Source: Nemertoderma westbladi
Taxonomy: Eukaryota > Animalia > Xenacoelomorpha
NCBI GenBank assembly: GCA_032718475.1
Contig: JAUCBJ010002518.1
Span: 18,498 to 82,497 of the forward strand
Length of the DNA: 64,000 nucleotides
Direction of reading: 5' to 3'
A model generated the notes under the pieces. The model was given only the letters and a program-made list of their open reading frames with translations. It did no database searches and had not been told where the DNA came from. Shown here in pieces: positions 48,122-59,866 of this stretch (the first letter of the stretch is position 1; every line of letters begins with the position of its first letter). The position numbers and the translations under genes were made by a program.

Positions 48122-49048
48122 CATCATGCTCTGGAATATAGTGTGGTTATTCTGGTACATGCCCCCGCCAAAATTTTCTACAAATCTTCATGAAATTGCA
48201 TGGAATTTGAAACAGAGATAGTTTCAATCAACTCCTGCTGGGTGGGTGAGCGAGAATTTATATTTTTACTTTCATTCTTTAGCTACAAGCGTTTGAAAAA
48301 GGTGTCTCCGTTGATATTACTCCAGTTACACCGCAGTTATTCTTGAAACTTATCGTGATTTGTGCCAATAGAAAGCTGACCCGTGCAAGGATTCCAAAAA
48401 TGTAAAAACATTTGAATTTGGTCGGGAAATAGCTGAGATATGAGCGCTCAAATATTGCATGTTTTTGCACCTGCACGAGGCTGTTTTTATTCTATTAAAT
48501 AAAAACACCATATTCTAGAACATTTTGTTTATGTATGAATAGCTACATCATAGTATGATTAAAGAAGCATTGCCTTGTTGCCCAGCTACATAAGGGATAA
48601 ACAAATGTTCCAGAATATGATGTATTTATTAAATAGAATAAATGGCCTGCATAGGAAGCAAATACATGCAACATTCGAATGCCCATAATTCAGCTATATC
48701 CAACCCAAATTCAAATATTTTTACATTTCTGGAATCCTTGCACGGCCAGCTTTCTATTGGTACCAACGATAAGGATAACTCAACGGTTAACTTAACAAGA
48801 ATAACTGCAGTGTAACGGGTGAAATATAACGGGAGCTAAAGAATGAAAGCGAAAATAAAAATTCTGCCTCACCCAGCAAGGAGGAGGGAGGTGAAACTAT
48901 CTCTGGCTCACCCAGCAAGGAGGAGGGAGGTGAAATTATCTCTGTTTCCAATTTCATGCAATCTCATTAACATTTGTAAAAATATTTGGGGGGGGGGGGG
49001 GGGGGTGCCAGGTACCTGAATAACGACACTATATTCCAGGGCATGGTG
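48122..49048. mobile_element. Foldback MITE (Tc1/mariner-type TA TSD) with ~430-bp imperfect inverted arms
   Basis: CATCATGCTCTGGAATATAGTG vs CACTATATTCCAGGGCATGGTG, TA on both sides. The empty site GCGGCCTATAGGACG is present at ~47369-47383. Confidence 0.75.
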
Positions 49049-50701
49049 TATATAGGACGTAACGCTGAAAAGTAATCACTAACTTAGAAACAATAAACTT
49101 CTAGTATTCGTCTTGAGAATTCTCCATTGATAATATAGCCAAGCTACAGGCTAAGTGAAGTATTTACCATACAGTTGTTATAGTAACATCAATTAATTGC
49201 ATGACAATGATATGAATTTCACTAATATTCGTAAACATTACAATATAAAAGATAATAATTAAGCATTCAGAGCGCCGATAATTTCACAAAATGTAACAAA
49301 TGTATTTTGTGAAAAGGGCATTATTCAGCGTTCATGACCTTTGTAGATTTAAGTAAACCTACCTCGCTGAGCTCGCACAGTACATAAATACACTTGGGGT
49401 CGTAACGCGAAAAACTGAAACTTTTCACAAAATCATTTTAATTGTTTATTACATGGGAAAAAAAGTAGAACTTTTTTTCATTATTCTCGAAGCATTTTAT
49501 TCACCGAGCGCCAGCGAGGTTAATAAATGGTCGAGAGAATATTGAAAAAAAAATGTTCTACATTTTTTTTCCAATGTAGTTCGTAATTTTATTCTTAAGT
49601 CTTTAAATAAAGTATTTTAGTGCACACTTTTGCGGAGAAAAAGTGGATCCTTCAAAGAAATATGTTTCACTGTAAATAGTTAATTATGGACGCGAGTGGG
49701 TACCGCAATCATTTAAATACCTGTTTATTCAAAAATGAAGAAACGCTAATAAACGTATCTACGGATACTAATAGTGTTCTAATTAGAATTGAGTTTTTCA
49801 TAAAATAGTACTGCGTTCTCAACGATCTGCAAACGTTATTAGAACATATTTATAATGTGATTTGCATAATTATTATAAACATCATTGTTAGTAAAGTCCC
49901 GTTTATTGCGTTCTGATCTCAAATGGTATGATTTACAGAGTGTAATAAGAGATGGTAATAAAGAAATAAAAGGTCAGGCTTAGAATGCCATTTAAATCCG
50001 AAGCATTACTGAATAGGTTGCCGTCCGTGGTCTTAGTTGAGCTCAAAATTAAACTAATTGGGGTTGAGTTGATATTTCAACTGTAATTGATTGATTTATT
50101 TAATAAAATAATTGTTTTGTTCAGAAATTGAAACAATTAGGAAGTGCGGCATTAGCGCTGAAAGCCTTTCAGCCTATCTAATCAGGCCTCCATCAGTAAT
50201 AGCGGTAACAATAAAGCCACTTTCCCTTGACACTTGCCTTCCTATTTAGTCCACAACAACAAATCATGCGAAGTTCAATGACCATGTTTAAATACTGATA
50301 CAATTCAAATATTTAATTAGAAACAAATTTAGTATTATTTTATGATAGTATATTCTATTCGATAAAAACAGTGGCTGAAATTTATCCAAAAGTCTCAGTT
50401 GACCGGAATTCTGCTCCCGTCTGCTTATTCATGGACTCCTAGAATATTATTTATACCTATAAAATAATAGTCTAGTCCATGGGTTATAGTGTTTTGTACT
50501 ACAGTGGTAACAGCCAAAAAAAACCTATAAACTCATGGAAAAAGCGATACACTAACTCAGGTGAATTAGTTTAAATTAGGTCAATTTAAAATAGTTAGAA
50601 AACGTACGACGATTTAGCATCTAGTAACAATTCTTTTAATATCAAAAGACACTGTTCCATTAACAAATAATTATATATGAACTGCATATATATTTGCGCA
50701 G

Positions 50702-50933
50702 GATTTCTAGAAGAATGGTATGTTAAACAGGCTGAGTGCAATCAAGAATGTGTGGTACCTTGTACCCAATGGGAATATTCATTCGCAGTTGAAAAGGAAT
50801 CCGGCGTACCAACAGATTCATATGGATTAGATCACGACTTTGAAAACTATCCAAAGTTACACACACTAGCTCAACAACTCTGTAGCGGTGAAAATAGTGA
50901 TGAAACAAGTACAGAGTGGATAGATTGCGCAAG
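50702..50933 (+). CDS. DEG/ENaC exon (end of thumb, C..PC....Y motif)
   Basis: Acceptor TTTGCGCAG| and donor AAG|GTAGGT. Phase 1 matches the exon ending at 4212 (C+GA = Arg). Encodes FLEEWYVKQAECNQECVVPCTQWEYSF... Confidence 0.82.
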
Positions 50934-53900
50934 GTAGGTGCATAAATAAAACCAAGTACAGAGTGGATAGATTGGGGAAGGTAGGTGCATAAATAAAACC
51001 AAGTACATAGTGGATAGATTGGGGAAGGCAGGTGCATAAATAAAACCAAGTACTGAGTGGATAGATTGGGGAAGGTAGGTGCATAAATAAAACCAAGTAC
51101 TAAGTGGATAGATTGGGGAAGGTAGGTGCATAAATAAAACCAAGTACTGAGTGGATAGATTGGGGAGGGTAGGTGCATAAATAAAACCAAGTACAGAGTG
51201 GATAGATTGGGGAGGGTAGGTGCATAAATAAAACCAAGTACATAGTGGATAGATTGGGGAAGGCAGGTGCATAAATAAAACCAAGTACTGAGTGGATAGA
51301 TTGGGGAAGGTAGGTGCATAAATAAAACCAAGTACTAAGTGGATAGATTGGGGAAGGTAGGTGCATAAATAAAACCAAGTACTGAGTGGATAGATTGGGG
51401 AGGGTAGGTGCATAAATAAAACCAAGTACAGAGTGGATAGATTGGGGAGGGTAGGTGCATAAATAAAACCAAGTACAGAGTGGATAGATTGGGGAAGGTA
51501 GGTGCATAAATAAAACCAAGTACATAGTGGATAGATTGGGGAAGGCAGGTGCATAAATAAAACCAAGTACTGAGTGGATAGATTGGGGAAGGTAGGTGCA
51601 TAAATAAAACCAAGTACAGAGTGGATAGATTGCGCAAGGTAGGTGCATAAATAAAACCAAGTACAGAGTGGATAGATTGGGGAAGGTAGGTGCATAAATA
51701 AAACCAAGTACATAGTGGATAGATTGGGGAAGGCAGGTGCATAAATAAAACCAAGTACTGAGTGGATAGATTGGGGAAGGTAGGTGCATAAATAAAACCA
51801 AGTACTAAGTGGATAGATTGGGGAAGGTAGGTGCATAAATAAAACCAAGTACTGAGTGGATAGATTGGGGAGGGTAGGTGCATAAATAAAACCAAGTACA
51901 GAGTGGATAGATTGGGGAGGGTAGGTGCATAAATAAAACCAAGTACAGAGTGGATAGATTGGGGAGGGTAGGTGCATAAATAAAACCAAGTACTGAGTGG
52001 ATAGATTGGGGAGGGTAGGTGCATAAATAAAACCAAGTACAGAGTGGATAGATTGGGGAGGGTAGGTGCATAAATAAAACCAAGTACTGAGTGGATAGAT
52101 TGGGGAAGGTAGGTGCATAAATAAAACCAAGTACTGAGTGGATAGATTGGGGAGGGTAGGTGCATAAATAAAACCAAGTACAGAGTGGATAGATTGCGCA
52201 AGGTAGGTGCATAAATAAAACCAAGTACAGAGTGGATAGATTGGGGAGGGTAGGTGCATAAATAAAACCAAGTACAGAGTGGATAGATTGGGGAGGGTAG
52301 GTGCATAAATAAAACCAAGTACTGAGTGGATAGATTGGGGAGGGTAGGTGCATAAATAAAACCAAGTACAGAGTGGATAGATTGGGGAGGGTAGGTGCAT
52401 AAATAAAACCAAGTACTGAGTGGATAGATTGGGGAGGGTAGGTGCATAAATAAAACCAAGTACTGAGTGGGTAGATTGCGCAAGGTAGGTGCATAAATAA
52501 AACCAAGTACAGAGTGGGTAGATTGCGCAAGGTAGGTGCATAAATAAAACCAAGTACAGAGTGGATAGATTGGGGAGGGTAGGTGCATAAATAAAACCAA
52601 GTACAGAGTGGATAGATTGCGCAAGGTAGGTGCATAAATAAGATCAAGTACTGAGTGGATAGATTGGGGAAGGTAGGTGGATAAATAAAACCAAGTACTG
52701 AGTGGATAGATTGGGGAAGGTAGGTGCATAAATAAAACCAAGTACAGAGTGGGTAGATTGGGGAAGGTAGGTGCATAAATAAAACCAAGTACATAGTGGA
52801 TAGATTGGGGAAGGTAGGTGCATAAATAAAACCAAGTACATAGTGGATAGATTGGGGAAGGTAGGTGCATAAATAAAACCAAGTAAAGAGTGGATAGATT
52901 GGGGAAGGTAGGTGCATAAATAAAACCAAGTACATAGTGGATAGATTGGGGAAGGTAGGTGCATAAATAAAACCAAGTAAAGAGTGGATAGATTGGGGAA
53001 GGTAGGTGCATAAATAAAACCAAGTAAAGAGTGGATAGATTGGGGAAGGTAGGTGCATAAATAAAACCAAGTACAGAGTGGATAGATTGGGGAAGGTAGG
53101 TGCATAAATAAAACCAAGTACAGAGTGGATAGATTGCGCAAGGTAGGTGCATAAATAAAACCAAGTACATAGTGGATAGATTGGGGAAGGTAGGTGTATA
53201 AATAAAACAAAGTACATAGTGGATAGATTGGGGAAGGTAGGTGCATAAATAAAACCAAGTACAGAGTGGATAGATTGGGGAGGGTAGGTGCATAAATAAA
53301 ATCAAGTAAAGAGTGGATAGATTGCGCAAGGTAGGTGCATAAATAAAACCAAGTACAGAGTGGATAGATTGGGAAAGGTAGGTGCATAAATAAAACCAAG
53401 TACAGAGTGGATAGATTGGGGAAGGTAGGTGCATAAATAAAACCAAGTACTGAGTGGATAGATTGGGGAGGGTAGGTCCATAAATAAAACCAAGTACAGA
53501 GTGGATAGATTGGGGAAGGTAGGTGCAAAAATAAAACCAAGTACAGAGTGGGTAGATTGTGGTAGGTAGGTGCATAAATAAAACCAAGTACAGAGTGGAT
53601 AGATTGGGGAAGGTAGGTGCATAAATAAAACCAAGTACTGAGTGGATAGATTGGGGAGGGTAGGTCCATAAATAAAACCAAGTACTGAGTGGATAGATTG
53701 GGGAGGGTAGGTCCATAAATAAAATCAAGTAAAGAGTGGATAGATTGCGCAAGGTAGGTGCATAAATAAAACCAAGTAAAGAGTGGATAGATTGGGGAAG
53801 GTAGGTGCATAAATAAAACCAAGTACATAGTGGATAGATTGGGGAAGGTAGGTGCATAAATAAAACCAAGTACTGAGTGGATAGATTGGGGAGGGTAGGT

Positions 53901-56900
53901 CCATAAATAAAATCAAGTAAAGAGTGGATAGATTGGGGAAGGGTAGGTCCATAAATAAAACCAAGTAAAGAGTGGATAGATTGGGGAAGGTAGGTGCATA
54001 AATAAAACCAAGTACTGAGTGGATAGATTGGGGAGGGTAGGTCCATAAATAAAACCAAGTAAAGAGTGGATAGATTGGGGAAGGTAGGTGCATAAATAAA
54101 ACCAAGTACTGAGTGGATAGATTGGGGAGGGTAGGTCCATAAATAAAACCAAGTAAAGAGTGGATAGATTGGGGAAGGTAGGTCCATAAATAAAACCAAG
54201 TACAGAGTGGATAGATTGCGGAGGGTAGGTGCATAAATAAAACCAAGTAAAGAGTGGATAGATTGGGGAAGGTAGGTGCATAAATAAAACCAAGTACTGA
54301 GTGGATAGATTGGGGAGGGTAGGTCCATAAATAAAATCAAGTAAAGAGTGGATAGATTTCGCAAGGTAGGTGCATAAATAAAACCAAGTAAAGAGTGGAT
54401 AGATTGGGGAAGGTAGGTGCATAAATAAAACCAAGTACAGAGTGGATAGATTGGGGAAGGTAGGTGCATAAATAAAACCAAGTAAAGAGTGGATAGATTG
54501 GGGAAGGTAGGTGCATAAATAAAATCAAGTACAGAGTGGATAGATTGTGGAAGGTAGGTACATAAATAAAACCAAATACATAGTGGATAGATTGGGGAAG
54601 GTAGGTGCATAAATAAAACCAAGTATAGAGTGGGTAGATTGGGGAAGGTAGGTGCATAAATAAAACAAAGTACAGAGTGGGTAGATTGGGGAAGGTAGGT
54701 GCATAAATAAAATCAAGTACAGAGTGGATAGATTGTGGAAGGTAGGTGCATAAATAAAACCAAATACATAGTGGATAGATTGGGGAAGGTAGGTGCATAA
54801 ATAAAACCAAGTACAGAGTGGGTAGATTGGGGAAGGTAGGTGCATAAATAAAACCAAGTACAGAGTGGGTAGATTGGGGAAGGTAGGTGCATAAATAAAA
54901 TCAATTAAAGAGTGGATAGATTGCGCAAGGTAGGTGCATAAATAAAACCAAGTAAAGAGTGGATAGATTGGGGAAGGTAGGTGCATAAATAAAACCAAGT
55001 ACAGAGTGGATAGATTGGGGAAGATAGGTGCATAAATAAAACCAAGTAAAGAGTGGATAGATTGGGGAAGGTAGGTGCATAAATAAAATCAAGTACAGAG
55101 TGGATAGATTGTGGAAGGTAGGTGCATAAATAAAACCAAATACATAGTGGATAGATTGGGGAAGGTAGGTGCATAAATAAAACCAAGTACAGAGTGGGTA
55201 GATTGGGGGGAAGGTTGGTGCATAAATAAAACCAAGTACAGAGTGGGTAGATTGGGGAAGGTAGGTGCATAAATAAAACCAAGTACAGAGTGGGTAGATT
55301 GGGGAAGGTAGGTGCATAAATAAAACCAAGTAAAGAGTAGATAGATTGGGGAAGTTAGGTGCATAAATAAAACCAAGTACAGAGTGGGTAGATTGCGCAA
55401 GGTAGGTACATAAATAAAACCAAGTACAGAGTGGGTAGATTGGGGAAGGTAGGTGCATAAATAAAACCAAGTACAGAGTGGGTAGATTGGGGAAGGTAGG
55501 TGCATAAATAAAACCAAGTACTGAGTGGATAGATTGGGGAAGGTAGGTGCATAAATAAAACCAAGTACAGAGTGGGTAGATTGGGGAAGGTAGGTGCATA
55601 AATAAAACCAAGTACAGAGTGGATAGATTGGGGAGGGTAGGTGCATAAATAAAACCAAGTAAATAGTGGATAGATTGGGGAAGGTAGGTGCATAAATAAA
55701 ACCAAGTACAGAGTGGATAGATTGGGGAGGGTAGGTGCATAAATAAAATCAAGTAAAGAGTGGATAGATTGCGCAAGGTAGGTGCATAAATAAAACCAAG
55801 TACAGAGTGGATAGATTGGGGAAGGTAGGTGCATAAATAAAACCAAGTACTGAGTGGATAGATTGGGGAGGGTAGGTCCATAAATAAAATCAAGTAAAGA
55901 GTGGATAGATTGCGCAAGGTAGGTGCATAAATAAAACCAAGTACTGAGTGGATAGATTGGGGAGGGTAGGTGCATAAATAAAATCAAGTAAAGAGTGGAT
56001 AGATTGCGCAAGGTAGGTGCATAAATAAAACCAAGTACAGAGTGGATAGATTGCGCAAGGTAGGTGCATAAATAAAACCAAGTACTGAGTGGATAGATTG
56101 GGGAGGGTAGGTCCATAAATAAAATCAAGTAAAGAGAGGATAGATTGCGCAAGGTAGGTGCATAAATAAAACCAAGTAAAGAGTGGATAGATTGGGGAAG
56201 GTAGGTGCATAAAGAAAACCAAGTAAAGAGTGGATAGATTGGGGAAGGTAGGTGCATAAATAAAACCAAGTACAGAGTGGATAGATTGCGCAAGGTAGGT
56301 TCATAAATAAAACCGAGTACATAGTGGATAGATTGGGGAAGGTAGGTGCATAAATAAAACCAAGTACAGAGTGGATAGATTGCGCAAGGGAGGTGCATAA
56401 ATAAAACCAAGTAAAGAGTGGATAGATTGGGGAAGGTAGGTGCATAAATAAAACCAAGTACATAGTGGATAGATTGGGGAAGGTAGGTGCATAAATAAAA
56501 CCAAGTACAGAGTGGATAGATTGCGCAAGGTAGGTGCATAAATAAAACCAAGTAAAGAGTGGATAGATTGGGGAAGGTAGGTGCATAAATAAAACCAAGT
56601 ACTGAGTGGATAGATTGCGCAAGGTAGGTGCATAAATAAAACCAAGTAAAGAGTGGATAGATTGGGGAAGGTAGGTGCATAAATAAAACCAAGTAAAGAG
56701 TGGATAGATTGGGGAAGGTAGGTGCATAAATAAAACCAAGTACGTAGTGGATAGATTGGGGAAGGTAGGTGCATAAATAAAACCAAGTACTGAGTGGATA
56801 GATTGGGGAGGGTAGGTCCATAAATAAAATCAAGTAAAGAGTGGATAGATTGGGGAAGGTAGGTGCATAAATAAAACCAAGTACATAGTGGATAGATTGG

Positions 56901-58728
56901 GGAAGGTAGGTGCATAAATAAAACCAAGTACTGAGTGGATAGATTGGGGAGGGTAGGTCCATAAATAAAATCAAGTAAAGAGTGGATAGATTGCGCAAGG
57001 TAGGTCCATAAATAAAACCAAGTAAAGAGTGGATAGATTGGGGAAGGTAGGTGCATAAATAAAACCAAGTACATAGTGGATAGATTGGGGAAGGTAGGTG
57101 CATAAATAAAACCAAGTACTGAGTGGATAGATTGGGGAGGGTAGGTCCATAAATAAAATCAAGTAAAGAGTGGATAGATTGGGGAAGGGTAGGTCCATAA
57201 ATAAAACCAAGTAAAGAGTGGATAGATTGGGGAAGGTAGGTGCATAAATAAAACCAAGTACTGAGTGGATAGATTGGGGAGGGTAGGTCCATAAATAAAA
57301 CCAAGTAAAGAGTGGATAGATTGGGGAAGGTAGGTGCATAAATAAAACCAAGTACTGAGTGGATAGATTGGGAGGGTAGGTCCATAAATAAAACCAAGTA
57401 AAGAGTGGATAGATTGGGGAAGGTAGGTCCATAAATAAAACCAAGTAAAGAGTGGATAGATTGGGGAAGGTAGGTGCATAAATAAAACCAAGTACATAGT
57501 GGATAGATTGGGGAAGGTAGGTGCATAAATAAAACCAAGTACTGAGTGGATAGATTGGGGAGGGTAGGTCCATAAATAAAATCAAGTAAAGAGTGGATAG
57601 ATTGCGCAAGGTAGGTGCATAAATAAAACCAAGTAAAGAGTGGATAGATTGGGGAAGGTAGGTGCATAAATAAAACCAAGTACATAGTGGATAGATTGGG
57701 GAAGGTAGGTGCATAAATAAAACCAAGTACTGAGTGGATAGATTGGGGAGGGTAGGTCCATAAATAAAATCAAGTAAAGAGTGGATAGATTTCGCAAGGT
57801 AGGTGCATAAATAAAACCAAGTAAAGAGTGGATAGATTGGGGAAGGTAGGTGCATAAATAAAACCAAGTACAGAGTGGATAGATTGGGGAAGGTAGGTGC
57901 ATAAATAAAACCAAGTAAAGAGTGGATAGATTGGGGAAGGTAGGTGCATAAATAAAACCAAGTACAGAGTGGATAGATTGGGGAATGTAGGTGCATAAAT
58001 AAAACCAAGTAAAGAGTGGATAGATTGGGGAAGGTAGGTGCATAAATAAAATCAAGTACAGAGTGGATAGATTGTGGAAGGTAGGTACATAAATAAAACC
58101 AAATACATAGTGGATAGATTGGGGAAGGTAGGTGCATAAATAAAACCAATTACAGAGTGGGTAGATTGGGGAAGGTAGGTGCATAAATAAAACCAAGTAA
58201 AGAGTGGATAGATTGGGGAAGTTAGGTGCATAAATAAAACCAAGTACAGAGTGGGTAGATTGCGCAAGGTAGGTGCATAAATAAAACCAAGTACTGAGTG
58301 GATAGATTGGGGAAGGTAGGTGCATAAATAAAACCAAGTACAGAGTGGGTAGATTGGGGAAGGTAGGTGCATAAATAAAACCAAGTACAGAGTGGATAGA
58401 TTGGGGAGGGTAGGTGCATAAATAAAACCAAGTAAAGAGTGGATAGATTGGGGAAGGTAGGTGCATAAATAAAACCAAGTACATAGTGGATAGATTGGGG
58501 AAGGTAGGTGCATAAATAAAACCAAGTACAGAGTGGGTAGATTGGGGAAGGTAGGTGCATAAATAAAACCAAGTACAGAGTGGGTAGATTGGGGAAGTTA
58601 GGTGCATAAATAAAACCAAGTACAGAGTGGGTAGATTGGGGAAGGTAGGTGCATAAATAAAACCAAGTAAAGAGTGGATAGATTGGGGAAGGTAGGTGCA
58701 TAAATAAAACCAAGTACAGAGTGGGTAG
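50906..58728. repeat. 47-bp satellite, about 166 copies (CAAGTACAGAGTGGATAGATTGGGGAAGGTAGGTGCATAAATAAAAC)
   Basis: Visible array. The first unit overlaps the exon end and splice donor. Interrupted at 58729 by an LTR. Confidence 0.97.
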
Positions 58729-59866
58729 TGTAAAAGCCTTTGCTGAATTGCCCCGTTATTTTTATTATCTTTTACATTAAAATACTCTGTAGTTGATTTA
58801 ATAGGTGTAAGAGACCGTATTATTGCTATATCGGTGTTTTTTAGAGGATCTAAGACCTATTTCCTCCGTATGTGTACGGTGAAAGGCATAGTTGATGATT
58901 CTATGGCAATTCCATGACGCAAAGGGTGATAGCTACTCTTGAACAGTAGTTACTATGACTACGGTTAACAGCTGATATCCATATGTGTTGATTTTCTTTG
59001 TTCTACGGCGTCTCTCAGTTCAGTCAGCCAATCAGAGCATTTTTATGGCTCTTGTTGAGAAATTTCCTAGAAATCACGTAATGCTTTATGTGCAGTGTTT
59101 ACATTCTGTACTGAGCCAGGAGAGATCGGCTTGGAAATATTTTATGCTGTTCTGTTTTAGCTTAACACTAGTAGGCTTAATTATAAAGGGCATATATCCG
59201 TTATCACATAACATAACATTGCAAACCATCACATAACAAACCAAACTGGTTATCAACACTGCAAACGTAACTGATGATCTGCATGTACCACATACCTGTG
59301 CATACGTTTATATTGTTATACTGCTATTTACTGTCAGTTCTTCATAATATGGTTGATGAATTATTATATTTGGAATAACGATAAATAACCCCGAAACCCA
59401 ATAATCTTGATATACCGAAGGTAAGAGAGAAAGGTTACATATAACGATTGTGACTTATGTTAAAGTGGTTTGAAGTGAATCTAATGTTATTTGATAGACC
59501 CTACATGAGTCGGTCTGTGTTCCTTTTATATGTGACTAAAATCAGTGAAGATCGGCAGATCAGTGTGCAGTATTGTGCAGCATTGTGTATGAGTGAGACT
59601 GATAACGAAGCATTTCCTAAAGAATGCGCCATATATGTGAATTATAACTAAGCCATATCGTTGTGAGTAGTTTAAGTCATAGCTCTGTTTATATAGATAG
59701 AGCGCCACGTCCTAAAGGAACTGTTAATATTCCCCGAAGGTGAATAATATTGTCAGAGATTATATAATACTGTCAGTCGAATAATACATTAGACTTACAT
59801 AGCAATAAGATTAAGCCGTCGAACCCAATCTCCCGGGTATATCCAGCGGGTGAATGATCGCGCACA
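58729..59866 (+). mobile_element. 5' LTR (~1.14 kb) of BEL/Pao element C (A-related family)
   Basis: TGTAAAAGC...CGCGCACA, homologous to the reverse complement of 15394-16401. Inserted in the satellite after GGTAG (expected 5-bp TSD). Confidence 0.8.

Noticed and set aside
50723-58713. Many long minus-strand ORFs (up to 1095 aa)
   Set aside because: They are translations of the 47-bp satellite, which has no stops on that strand; there is no evidence of coding function.
50906-58728. CRISPR-like appearance of this and the other arrays (2588, 8506, 31620, 40239)
   Set aside because: No unique spacers and no cas genes, in a eukaryotic context; these are tandem repeats.
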